From Ascidiella aspersa (taxonomy: Eukaryota), in assembly GCA_963924565.1 (NCBI GenBank), contig OZ004613.1:24180001-24244000 (forward strand): a stretch of 64,000 nt of DNA, written 5' to 3'. Numbering within the stretch: position 1 is the first letter of the stretch; each line of letters begins with the position of its first letter. Positions 50,801-63,214 of this stretch are shown one piece after another. A program made the position numbers and the translations under genes. The notes below the pieces were generated by a model. The model was not told the origin of the DNA, ran no database searches, and saw only the letters and a program-made list of their open reading frames with translations.

Positions 50801-53800
50801 AAACAAAACAATGGCCATACTCTTATACATGGTCCATAAAATTGTTTAACAAACTGGACACTTAAAATTAAGAAATTACAGGATTTTGTTTTTATTTCAT
50901 TGCTTGGGTAATTTCTTTTTTTGTTACAAACCTGCTTGAGGTGGTATTTGATTCTCAAACTCCATTTTTGGGGCCAACACATTGACTGGAGCATTCATGC
51001 TATCATTGTTGTTCATTTCAAGTGAAAAGTTGTGAGTCTGACAATATCGAATAACATATTCCGGGTGTATTTTCCTTGCTAACAGAGTTCTACAACATAA
51101 CAAAGTTTGATTTCTATGACTATAGCACAAGTTTCTTGCACACAGCTATCAGAAAAGCAAAAAGTGAAAATATATAATAGGCTTGGAAACATGGTAATTT
51201 ATGTTGTAAATGTTAAAAAAGCAAATCATAAATTTTATTAGGACCTTGAATTGAAATGCAATGTTTTTTTACAAAACTCTTCTGCCATTTCGGCATTTTC
51301 AAGATGGGCTAATGCATAACCATCATTGCCACGAGCTGGCTTGTAACTTTTGCAGTAAACATCTGTAACACAAGAATTGGAATGACGTAATTTTACTCAT
51401 CTAAATGGCAATTGTAAAGACAGACAAAATATAGAATGTAAAACAGATCGATTGTTAAGAGTAAAATTTATTCTAGGTTAGAAATCTTTTTTTATGTTAA
51501 GTAAGGGTCTGTTTGCTATTTTATATTATCCACAAATATATAATAACATTATTGATACATATTGCAAACAAAAAAAAATGTTTAGCAACAAAACATAAGA
51601 AAGTCAAATAGTGATCTACTCTGCTCATAGTAAAGAAATAAATCTCTATGCCGTCTGTTACTAGAAAATAACTTTTCCCACATTGAATTGCACAGTTTGT
51701 AAAAACGATTTGCGGCAGGAGGGTTTACATTAATCAGATGTAGGTTGCACAATGCTGATTAAAGGCTACATTTTTGCATTTCATGTTTAGTCAAACTGAC
51801 CAATGTTTAGGTATTCTGTAGCAAATTGCACAATGCGACTACTAACAGCATTAAATTTACCAAATTAGACACAAAATTAACATTTAAAAAAAATTTAAAA
51901 AACAATATTAAACTCTATTTGTTCCTATTTTGGAACAAAAGAGTAAGTGAGAACTTACACTAACAGAGAACGTTAATTAACCAACTATTTCAATTAGAGA
52001 TGCACCCATATATCGGTTTACCGATAATATCAGTCGATATTTGGCTTCTACCGATATATCGGTATAGGCAAATGTAGGCCGATACTTTGGCTGATATTTT
52101 AGTACGAAAATATGATAAAGATTTTGATGTACAACAAAAAACCTTTTGACAAAAAAAGTGGGTTTTAGCATTGCACCAAGTTAATATGCAAAATAATAGT
52201 TTAATAATTAATAAAGAGATATAAACTAAAACATTATTTGGATTTTATTTTCAATTAATTCAAGTTTTGAACATTTCCCAGGTATATAAAAAAGTTGGTA
52301 TGGGCATCAGTTGACAAAATTGTACAAAATCTGGTATCGTAATAGGTCAAAGATCGCTATCACGGTCGATCTCTAATTCCAATAAAACTAACACCTAAAA
52401 AAAATATCATCCCAAAATAACAGTTTGTATTGTTTTCTGTCAAGCAAATGCAACCACAATATAAAACCATACTAAATTTCTTATAACAACAAGTAAAGAA
52501 AATCAGATCAATTAACTCAATTTTTACGTTGTTGAGCCAAATAACACAAAGTCCATATTATTTGTATTCCTATATTGATAAATAGTTTAAGCTTCAGCAC
52601 AATATTCTCAAGCAACTGTTAATTAATTGAATAAAAACTGTTGTAAGGATTTTGGACAGTATTAATACTGTCTATGAGAGTGCCTCATATTTCACAAAAC
52701 TAGCTCCGAGGACATCCCGACTTATTACTACTTAGCATTAGTACAAAAATTAAGGAATACAATATAATAATGCTAAACACAATCATATAGTTTTTCTATC
52801 AAAATATTCCATACTGTAATTGCTAAGTCTTCTTCTGTCTGGTAAGCATGGCAAATATGATTAAAACACATTAGGCCTACCATATTTTAACAAGTACAGA
52901 TATAAAGATATAAGTTATATAAGCCAGTCAAATATAGCTATAATAATACAATTACAACTTATAAAGTTTATGTTACTACCCTAAAAATACATTAACTATG
53001 AAAGTATTCTATATCACTAGGATTAGGTTATAGTTATCAATGAATACGGCCGGCAAATGACTGTCTCCTGTTCTTTCAATTACCTTTAACCCTCCAGTTA
53101 TTGACCGACAGCAAGACCATCAGGTCATGTTTAGTCGATATGAATGGAACGTTGGAAATCTTGACAAACTGTGGCAAAACATGCAACAAAGTGCCATTAG
53201 CAGTTACACGATAATTTGCCGATAGCAAAGCATACTTTAAGTACTACTAAATGCTAGACTATGTTTTACAAATATATAATAGGATATTTACTATATTGGC
53301 TAGCAGCACATATTCTCTCTTACAAAACCTATGTGTTTAAGTAAAATGTTTTTAAGTAAACAAATATATTAAGTTATCAATAAAACAAACAACTTATCCT
53401 GTCATTTTTATTAAAAATACTGTACAGTCTGTACCCTAAACAAATATTTAATTAAGCTTGCTATTTTATACTATCCACATATATATAATAAAACTATTTA
53501 TGCCTATTGCAAACAAAAGTGTACAAAAATACTTGGCAACAAAACATAAGACAAACTTTAACTTACAAAATAATAATATGATATATTTTAATCTAAAGAT
53601 TTATTGCAATTCTGCATAAAACAACATGATAAATATATTACACAAGTAATTAACTAGGCATTTTGGTTAAATAATTCCAGTATCTATCTTTTCTTCAAAA
53701 AACATTGAAGTTAGTGGCTGAACTTAAAAAAGCTAGAGTTATAACAAGTTTATCACTAACTATTTTTTCAAAACTTAATTCCATCCATTTAACCATAGCT

Positions 53801-56800
53801 ACTTTAAAATGTAGTTTCCATTGAATAGTGCTTTAAACCCATTTTAAACCGATAGCCAGTGACCCTGGTAATTGTAACACCAATAAGTGTGTTTCTGCAT
53901 TTTAAGCATGTTCACCAAGAGTTAAACACCTCTTAAGAGAATCTGCTTCAGTTAAAAAAAATGTTACATCAACATCAGATATTAGCGCGAAGGAGCATTA
54001 GCTACGCCTAACTCAACGATTTTATAAAAAAAGTAGGCAGACTTGACTTTGCGTTGTCAATTGTTGAATACACCCTTGCTGATCAGCCAACCTGACCAAA
54101 TAACGAAAAGCGAAAGAAAAAAATCCTGCATTTACAGTCGACCAAACAAGAAACAAAAAACGGCATTTTGCGTTAGATTTGGGCTTCGTATTAGGTTATA
54201 CGTGTGAGTTACTTAAAAAAAAACATTGTCGCTTAGGACATTGAGTAAAACCCTGACAAAACCGAACAAAAAAACGATAATATCACTAACGAAAAGAGCG
54301 GGGAATCCGGACATATTTTTGGTGAATAAAAAAAGAAAATTTCAGACAAAAGGGATTAAACTTATAAGCCATAGTCTTCTATAGGACAGATAGCAAACAT
54401 TGTGCTTCCCGAAATTTATTTCGCTCTTTGTTGTGACTGTTTGTTGGTAAAATGCCATAACCTGGAAATATTTTTTAACAACCACGGTATATTTTGCAAT
54501 AATATGTTTTTCAGAAAGAGCGACAGAGCATAGATATTTTACAATCCAACTAAGATTTTTTTTTGATTTTTTTTTTTTACATATTTGCTATTTAGTGAAA
54601 TAAATAAACACAAAGAAAACATTTTTGTTGTGTTTGTGCACCATAAACCAAATGTTGCCTGCACAAAGAAAAAAGCATGAACAAAAACAGTTCAAATATT
54701 TCAGGTGCTGTGCTGCTATACTGCAAAGCAGATTTTGCCTAAAATATCAAATAAGCTATTCAAAAGAATTTGTCATAAACTTATGATACAGACTTTTTTA
54801 GATATATTTTTCTGGCTTATAATCAAATTTAGGAGCTCACTATTGAAATTTTTTTTACATAAAAATTTTGTGATCACACAGCAAAAGAGGGTTTTGATGT
54901 AAATGTGTATACAGGGTTGTCACACAGTATTATGAAAAAAGTTCAAAGACATAATATAAAGACTTTCGAAAAAAATTTTATAGCCTTTTAAAGAATTAAA
55001 ATTGGATCACTTAACCTTCATTTAACATATATAATTTAACATATATAATTTTAAAACAGAATAAACGCCATGATCAGCAGAATAAAAATTAGTTACAAAT
55101 TTGTTTTTTAACTGCAGTTACTTGAGAAATAATTGGAAAATAAATTCGCAGACTGTTCAAAGACTTTTCAACATGTAAATCAATTCAAAAAACACACAAA
55201 AACTTGATTTTTTAGATATTGAAGGGAGATTTTTAAAAAGTGAAAGACTTTGTGTCAACCCTGATATATCTAGCCAAATCAACAAACTAATTGATTTTCA
55301 TTATTGAGCTCAGACTGATTATATCAACTGCTTGATAGAACACATGTTGATTGAAATAATCACCCAAGTCAGTCTGACATGTTTTGATGATAGTATCACA
55401 ATGTCTATGCAGTTTTAAAAAACTGTATTTTTGTTAGGGTTGGCAAGCCTGTCAATTGATCGGTCAAATACGGTCAATTAATGGCACTTTATTTACCCGG
55501 TCAAATACTCATATTGGATTCTAATGTTGTAAATTTGAGTTTTTAATAATCTTGAGTGTAACTTATTTAAAGAATACAAATATGTAATGGTAGGGTTTAC
55601 CTGATGCAAACACATGTTCTGTGGTAATAACAAAGTGTTGTAATAGCAAAGTAGATTTATTTTGTTTAGAATAAATGCATGTATATGATGAATCGCGTTG
55701 GTCAAATAAGAAAACACTAGTAGGAGTATACCACAATCTTAGGCTACCTAGAAATTTAGAAGAACCCAATGCCTGATCTCCAGTGGAACTTGGTGACGAT
55801 TTAGAAAATTCAGAATGACAAAAGTTGTGACGAGGAGTAAAAATATTTTTTTACTGATGCATTTACTTGTTAAATTTCGGTAATCAACTTGTTGGCTTAA
55901 CTAGGTGGTTGTAGTAATGGTAAAAATTACAACAATACTGTTACAGTATTGCTTGCAAGATGGGTATGGTTTTGCAAAATTACAAAAAGTAATTGTTTTT
56001 GTTTATAAACCATTGCACTTGAGCCAAAACGGTCATATATTTATTTAAAGTTAAAATCAAGGTTTTTTTACTTCAATTGCATTATGTTGGTGTGTATAGT
56101 ATTTGACCGGATTTTATTTGACTGGTCAAATACCCAACCCTAATTTTTGTTATTTAATTTTTTTTTAGTTTAACAACACACAAGTCTGTAGTATCTTATA
56201 CCAAATTTATTTTTCTGCAATGCTAATTGGCAGAGGGTCAAAAGCATACAACTAACAACCCTTACCGGTGACTTTTTGAGTTGCTTCTTTACACACAGGG
56301 TCATTTTCTGACCAAGTTCCATCTCGTTGGGGCTACTTTGCTCCACTTTAAGAATCTGTTTTTGAAACAACGTTCCTGAAGCTTGTAAAACTTTTGTCAT
56401 GTCGTTTGGACCTGACAGCTCAAGGAAGGCTGTGCCCGATGGATCCCCAGACCTGCAAGACGATCTTAAAATTATTCCTAAAGTCAAAAAGGTTGATTAG
56501 ATTGACTATTATCTATTGATTAAGAGGTTTCTATGCATACTTGTATCATCAGTAGGAAAATTCGATATTAAGTGGTATTATTGGAACTCATCCTATTCCA
56601 GACCGTGATACTTTTTGCTCAAAATATTAGGTATCAGTATCAGAATGCAATATCAAGCAACAGACATACCTAATCATTAGTAAATGTTCAAACATAAAAC
56701 ATTTTTCCATGGATGGGAATAGTAACAAGGAGTGACTGAGGTAAAAAGTCTAAAAATTATAAAAAAAAATGACTTAGGCAATTTGGTTATGAGCATGACG

Positions 56801-59800
56801 AGATGTAAACTAACTTTGACTGATGATGACACAAGTACAAATTGAAATGTCTTTATCAATATGACGTCGATTTACATTACCAAGCTACATTAAAGATCTG
56901 TGCATAGTGTACATAAATGCAAGATAATTGTATAACAAACCAGACTTTATTAAAAAGGAATACTAAAAAGCACACATAGAGTTACCAGGCTAGGAAAACT
57001 TATTCATATACTAAGCTCAAAAGTATTGCTAATATGTATTACAAGATATGTTATTTGAGGAGTAATAAACTAAAAATTATGCAGCCACTGTATATTAGTA
57101 ACTGATAGTGGCTAGTAGCAGTTTTTGGTTGGTTTAAAAAATCCAAGCACATTATTTTGTATATATGTATTAAACAAACCAACAAAATTTAATGCGGACC
57201 TTTACCAAAGTACCCACTTTTTTAAACTGCAAATCACAAAACACTTTAATACACTTTTTTTAAATTGCCAGGTAATGATAGACCAAACTTGTTTTAATAC
57301 CAGTAAAAAAATGACCTGGGAATACTCACAAGTCACACACTAAACAAATTCCATCTTCCCCATTTTTAGGATCAACTCCAAGAAATGTGATCAAGTCCTT
57401 TTTGATGTTGGTAATTGGCAATCCAGATATTTTCATTATTATCCTACAATAAAATAAAATTGGTGATTTTTCTCATTGGTTATTCAAAAAATATATGGAA
57501 AATGCTTGTCTAGTAATAGTTTTAGCAATCTTTAAAAGTCATCCGTTTTCCATCAACAATAAAAACACCCAGGGAATATAAGCTATTCTAGGAAGATTAA
57601 CCGTAGTCTTACAGAAATCACAATAACATAAATGTATCCTTTCTATTCAGCTTTATTCCCCACCAAATCAAAAAGCAAAAAGGCAAATATAAATGTTCCT
57701 TTCTTCACCAAACAACTGAAAAGTTGTCACCAACCTTTTTCCGCCAACTTCTGGCTTGACTTCGCTTTGTACAACACCATAATTTGGATTATCAAATTTG
57801 TCTATCGGGGATAAATCATCAGATTTAAATTGTTCTTCGTGTGAAATAACTTTGACATTATCTCTTAAATTCTGGTGTTCGGTAATATGTGCAGTTTGCA
57901 TAGGTATAGGTTCGGTTTTTATATGAGCTAAAGGTGCTTCGGACTTGGAATCTTCTGTCCTTAATTGTTCACCATCAAGGCAGATTGATGAATGATCAAC
58001 CTCTTGCTTGATCAGCTTTGATTTTAAATCCTGTGGCACTGAAACAATTTTATACACGTATAAAAATGATATATAAACAACAACTAGATCAGGGTGGTCC
58101 AAATTCAGGCCAATAATTCAACAGTGCTTCGCGGGCCACGAATAATGATGTGACCCGCGAAGCACTGTTGAATTATTGCAATGCGTACCTTTGAGGGTTT
58201 ATTCAAAGAAATCTAAGTGACCAACGAACAGCAAGCATAATGAAATTGTTTGGTTATGATCACACTTTTTTCCTACAGCTCACCAAATTCGGATCCAGGG
58301 GTGGCAAGAACGCCTAAATTTTTTAATGTGCTTGACCGGTTTGTGAGAAGCCACATTGCGTTATATATGGAACTCTCCTTCTAAATTTTTTTTCGCGCTT
58401 CGCGCACACAATTTTAACCAGTTTCATAATATTAGAATTTATCTATGTACAAGTCGACGATAACAGCAAGTTTCTGGAGCTTATATGTATTTCGATGTTA
58501 TATTGTGACTCATCTTTAAACATTTTCATGTCCCGGCCAAACGAAAAACGTTGGTCAGCTCCTGGTATGCATGTAGCCTACTTTATGTGGCCAGCGAAGA
58601 ATATGTAAGAAATATTGTGGCCCGCGATGCAGTCAACCTTGGACCACCCTGAACTAGATAATAAATTGCAAAGCCAAAAAGGTTGAGTAGATCGACATCA
58701 TCTTGATTAAGACGTTTCGATACGAGCTTGTATTATCTTCAGTTAAAGTTCAGTTAACCGAAAGTCTTAATCAAGATGATGTCAATCTACTCAAACTTTT
58801 TGGCTTTGCAATTTATTATCAAGCTACATTACAGATCTGTGCATACTGCATAGTGTACCCAACATCGATTTAATAAAAAGCCAAAATAAATGCACATTTT
58901 TACAACTGGTAAATTTAATATAGTTCTCAACCAAGGCCACCATCATTTCTCATGCTGTCAAAAAAGAAAGACAAATGAGGAATTTCAGGCCGAACTAGTT
59001 GATACAAAAGATGACATACATGCAGTCACAGGCACCAAACGGGGGGTGCAGAGCGTTTTAGATGCCCTGGATTTCTTGTAGGGCGTCAAAATGCCCGGAA
59101 ATGGACCAAGTTATCAATAAATGTGCGAATTAATTTTTTGTAGTACAGTCTTAGTTAACCAAAAGTGATTAAAACTTACCCAAATTGCCATATAGGCACG
59201 AGGGTATAGAATCCCCAAACTATTTTTATGCATTTTTTTTAAACCAGTATTTCGTATTGCCAATTTTTTTATCTAATTAATGAGCAAATTTATACTGTCT
59301 GGAAAATAAAGCCCTAAAACTTTGTTCGGCGCCTATGCAATGCATGCAGCAGTGTCCTTAGTGGACTGAAAAAAGTGACAACTCAAAAAGGGTGTTTTGC
59401 GAAGCCCATTCGGGCTCTTTTACATTTGATAAGATGGATTGATTTTTCGCTGATGCACAAAATTTTGGTCAATTGCACATGTGGTCCAAATTTAGAATGA
59501 ACCCTGTCACTGATCACATTTTTTTTTCAATTAAAATATTACATACGGGCAGCAAGTTATACCTTGACTATTTTGCAGCAAATCACCTTCGTTTTGTTCA
59601 GATTCCAAAACTAAATGCTTTGCATCTTCAGCTGTTATCTCCTGAAAATTATCTTATTAATGTGATGCACGTTAAAGCCAAAAGCAATAAAGCAATAAAG
59701 CCAAAAAATAATTTTTAAATTGAGCTTTTTATTAAAAATACTTACGATGATCTACACATGCATAATTGCATAAGGCAATGTAACGTTATTTAGCCATAGA

Positions 59801-62800
59801 ACTTGGCAAACTTATAGTATGCAAAGTGTTGTCTATACTTTTTTTAATACACAACATATATTTTGAATGTTAGAATTGAAGTACTAGGCAAATAAATATT
59901 TTTTTGTTTTTTTTTTTACCTTTGTTAGATCTTCCTTATTTTCTTTAATAAACATCAAAGCCTGTGCAAGCCCAGGAGCAGCTAGACCTGAAAAAAAAAA
60001 TTGTAGCGTAACTAAAATAAAACTTAGGTTAAAGCCGATTTTATACTGATCATTTTAATAAAAAAAGTGAAAGAAATAATAAATCCTAAAATTAACACCT
60101 GAAAAGAGATATTATAGTTTTGTGTTTATTAATATTTTTTCATGAAACAATACGGAGCAATTAGTGAGTCCTGTTTAAAGTTTAAATCATCAAACAAACA
60201 TTGTCAAAATAAAAATATAGTCCTATCAACTTTGAATGTTTGTTTAAATCATGTTTAAATGTCCGCTGCGAATGACGAATAAATTACATCAATATGGCTT
60301 GCTGAGAAGTAACAAGTAGTTAAACTATACCGGTCTTTGGTAATTGCGGTTCAACTTTTAAGGCAGGTTCGCAAACGGCCCTTGTTTCATCTTTTGATGG
60401 TCTAATAAATAAATAAGAATAATTAACAAAATATGGCAAAGTTAATAAACACAAAAGGTATTAACAATAATTCCCAATTAAAAGTAATCCACACACAACA
60501 TACAAACATTAATATGTATATGGTATGGTACAGGCTATAAATATTAGAGATAGACCGAAATATCAGTTATATAATATCGGCTAATATTTGACTTCTACCG
60601 ATATATCGGTATCGGTAAATGTAGGCCGATACTTTTGCCGATATTTTAGGACAAAAATATGTTATAATTTTTCCTGAACAACAAACAACTTACTCATTTT
60701 TTGATTAAAAAAATATGGGTTTTAGCATTACGCCAATTTAAGATGCAAAATTATAGTTTAATAATTAATAAAGGTATATAAACTAACACTTTATTAGGAT
60801 TTCATTTTCAATTAATTCAAGTTTTGAACATTTCCAATGTATATAAAACAATTGGTAACGGTATCGGGTATCGGTATCGGTCCAAAAAATTGATATCGGT
60901 TGATCTCTAATAAATATTGTACTACATTTTATTCAGAAAACTTTTATCAACCCTCTTGAACAGCATAAAAATAAATCTTAACTTCTTAGATCTCTAGGCT
61001 CTACATATATACAAGTTAGACCAATGGTTTTAAGGTGAGTCAAACAATTCTTAGGGGTCGGGAGATATACTACAATTAAACACTGCTTTACATTGAATTA
61101 CTATGTAGTTATGTCTAATGATTTTGTGATTAAATGTTTTACGCAAGTAATGTTTAAAGTTTCTTGTTATTTCTGCCATTTTTAATCATATTTGCTAGAA
61201 TTTGAGCTGTGTTTACTTAAAACTGCACAAATTGGGTGTAATAATTCAGGCCATAAAATTTTAATAAAGCACTAGTTTTGACTAGCATACTGTAGTCATG
61301 ATCTCTGAAACAATATGCTAACCCTGAATCATTTTGGTCAAACTTGCTATTAAACCAAATATAATGTTGTGCATTATGGGGCTTAAACATAGATGGAAAT
61401 ATTTAGGCAAACATAGTGAATATAGGCCAAATTTAACTACTAAGAGGTAACATTTAAGAGGGAAACAGAGGGTTTGTTAAGCGATTTGACAGAGAGTTAG
61501 AGTAGTGGGGGAACAATTTTGTATTTAATATACACCGATGACATGCATAGTATAAATAACCTTTCTGTTGTTGGTTTTATTGTGTCCAAACTCTTTTTCT
61601 TAAGAATACTCCGAAGTGGCTTTGTTGGCGTAGTGGATTCAAAATGCATCAGAAGAAATTCATCATTGCTCAGTTCTATAGAACAAATATTTTATTTTTT
61701 TGGTTTAAAAAAATATCTTCAATTCTGCAATATTGGAATCAAACAGTTTTATTAGAAATTATTATTATACAGTTCTTCAAGCGTGGTTATAGATTTCTGA
61801 AAATAGACCACAGTATTGTGGTGCATGTTAAATTTTTTTTTTGTATAACTTGTTAATAATTGAACCTTTATCTAATGTTCAAGGGTTATTGTAGACCAGT
61901 ATAAAATGTATGGCAGATCATGAAGCTGTACAACATAAAAAAAGTTGGGCGTATATATATATATATACATGCAAAAAAAAATAAAAAAAATGCTTCTGGG
62001 TTGAAAGTATAAAAAATCAGGGGGCAATTTGCACTGAATATGTGATATTGGAAATCACCTCGACCATTGCGAGATAAATGTCCACCTTCATTTCTGTTCA
62101 GTAACAGCAGAATACTCTAGCAAAGCTAGAAATTCAAGCCAAACACTATTAACCAATCTGGTACCTTTGACAAATGATGAATGAGATCGGGTTCCCAGCC
62201 AAAAAAAGTGGGATGACCCGGTGCAAATAAGGTCAAAAGTGCAAGCCTTCAAATGATATAACATATGAGAAAAGAGGGTGCATATTCATTTCCTAAGGTT
62301 ACAGGTCAAGTCTGTTAAAACAATTGGGGGTGCACTTGCCACACTTTCCATAGTGGACTATCAAAAGCTCTTAAAGATATATTTGTATTTTATATGGCAA
62401 AATTAAATGTGGTGGTTCTTAACCAGAGTTCGATCGAACCCTTGGGGATCGACGCAGTTGTTTCAAAGTTTCGGCGAGAACGTCCTCATGGTGTCATGTA
62501 ACGTTATAAATTGAAAGTTTGTCCAATTTACCCTATATAAATGCAAGGTATAATTTGATTATGCCCAGTTTCAGCTGCTAGGTGGAAGAAACGAATACTG
62601 AGCGAAAATTTGCAGTTCGACGAAAGCCTACCGAATAACATAGGGGGTCGACAGGTTGCCAAAGGTTAAGAACCACTGTGGTAAACCATAGTTTTCACAG
62701 ATGTGGATGGCTTTTTTCTAGATCAAGCAATTTAAGAATACTGCAAATTATGCAAAACAAATCAACAAACGTAATGCACAAACGGCATTGGTATTTTATA

Positions 62801-63005
62801 AAAACTAAAAATTGCAAATAAGCATGGAACCTTAGTACAAAATAACCCTTGGTCTAGCCAGCGTTTAGTAAAAAATGAAACAAATGCACCACTTACCTTT
62901 TTGATGTGCAGGAAGATCAACTTCTTCATCGTCTTCGTCGTCATCAGATAACGCCATCATTCTGACAGCGGCAAGAGCATTTATTTTCTTGCCACCCGAA
63001 GTCAT
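44827..63005 (-). CDS. Multi-RRM RNA-binding protein (hnRNP F/H/RBM12-type qRRMs, Pro/Gly/Met-rich tract) with C-terminal matrin-type C2H2 zinc finger, ~934 aa
   Basis: 19 phase-consistent GT-AG exons: 63005-62897, 61675-61561, 60401-60331, 59987-59920, 59641-59563, 58038-57735, 57443-57330, 56452-56266, 53168-53084, 51362-51245, 51089-50932, 50392-50184, 49988-49933, 49064-48661, 48359-48250, 47938-47650, 46811-46732, 45852-45760, 44982-44827 (2805 nt). qRRM motifs: MKISGLP..GDPSGTAFLEL; VKISNVPF..GYALAHL; VRMYNLP.ATTDDIRDFLAP..DVDF. Zinc finger: LPAYDANNPAG..GYFCQICRKFY..HCKSKGHYDKL. The donor at 51244 (GTCCTA) is weak and the N-terminal exons are less certain. Confidence 0.82.
49662..49722 (+). 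pseudogene. tRNA-derived fragment (pseudo-tRNA or SINE head)
   Basis: GCCCGCGTAGCTCAGCCGACAGAGCG resembles a tRNA 5' acceptor strand plus D-arm (A box); the T-arm/B box is decayed. Confidence 0.5.
51995..52375. mobile_element. hAT-type MITE (TAGAGAT ends, ATCGG repeats)
   Basis: TSD ATTTCAAT / ATTCCAAT; homologous to 60545-60909. Confidence 0.8.
54912..55263. mobile_element. MITE-like element
   Basis: TIR CAGGGTTGTCACA / TGTGTCAACCCTG; no clear TSD. Confidence 0.55.
55435..56142. mobile_element. hAT-type MITE (TAGGGTTGG ends)
   Basis: Perfect TSD ATTTTTGT; internal ACCGGTCAAATAC repeats. Confidence 0.8.
56470..56912. mobile_element. Family-1 hammerhead element, older palindromic copy with spacer
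   Basis: Minus-strand CTGATGA..GAAACCTCTTAATCAA at 56552-56516; plus-strand CTGATGATGACAC..GAAATGTCTTTATCAA from 56820, followed by the family tail GATCTGTGCATAGTGTAC. Confidence 0.65.
58090..58651. mobile_element. hAT-type MITE
   Basis: Perfect TIR CAGGGTGGTCCAA; perfect TSD AACTAGAT. Confidence 0.9.
58657..58858. mobile_element. Family-1 hammerhead element, palindromic two-arm copy
   Basis: The left arm carries a minus-strand hammerhead at 58707-58746 (stem II closing pair mutated G to A); the right arm 58759-58858 is its reverse complement starting at GAAA-GTCTTAA. Confidence 0.8.
59027..59337. mobile_element. MITE, same family as 31866-32524
   Basis: Shared GGGTGCAGAGCGTTTTA and CAGTCTTAGTTAA segments; ends GTTCGGCGCCTATG. 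Confidence 0.75.
60545..60909. mobile_element. hAT-type MITE
   Basis: TAGAGAT...ATCTCTA ends; perfect TSD ATAAATAT. Confidence 0.85.
62410..62678. mobile_element. hAT-type MITE, left end damaged
   Basis: GTGGTTCTTAACC / GGTTAAGAACCACTG; no TSD seen. Confidence 0.6.
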
Positions 63006-63159
63006 GTTCAGTGTGTTGTGGTCGTTGGTAAGATTTGCAAGGGGGCAAAACGCATTGCAATAATCTTCCCAGGAACGTAAACAATTGTATGTTTCGCATT
63101 GACAAGAAATTTACTTGCTAAATTGGATTCGGCATTGAAGCGTAACAGCATAGAATAGT

Positions 63160-63214
63160 ATGAAAGCAAGAGCACTCGCTTTACACACCATTATCGACAT
63201 TACTGAATTTATAG
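63160..63214 (+). other. Possible first exon of a divergently transcribed gene
   Basis: ATG-open stretch MKARALALHTIIDITEFI ending at a strong donor AG/GTAAGA (63215); acceptor-like sites at 63684 and 63973; no convincing coding continuation. Confidence 0.25.

Noticed and set aside
55727-55835. Coding-looking minus-strand stretch as an extra RBP exon
   Set aside because: Lies inside MITE 55435-56142, and the flanking exons already join in phase.
62057-62250. Candidate extra exons between RBP exons 1 and 2
   Set aside because: No combination preserved phase without stops; cannot be excluded as alternative exons.
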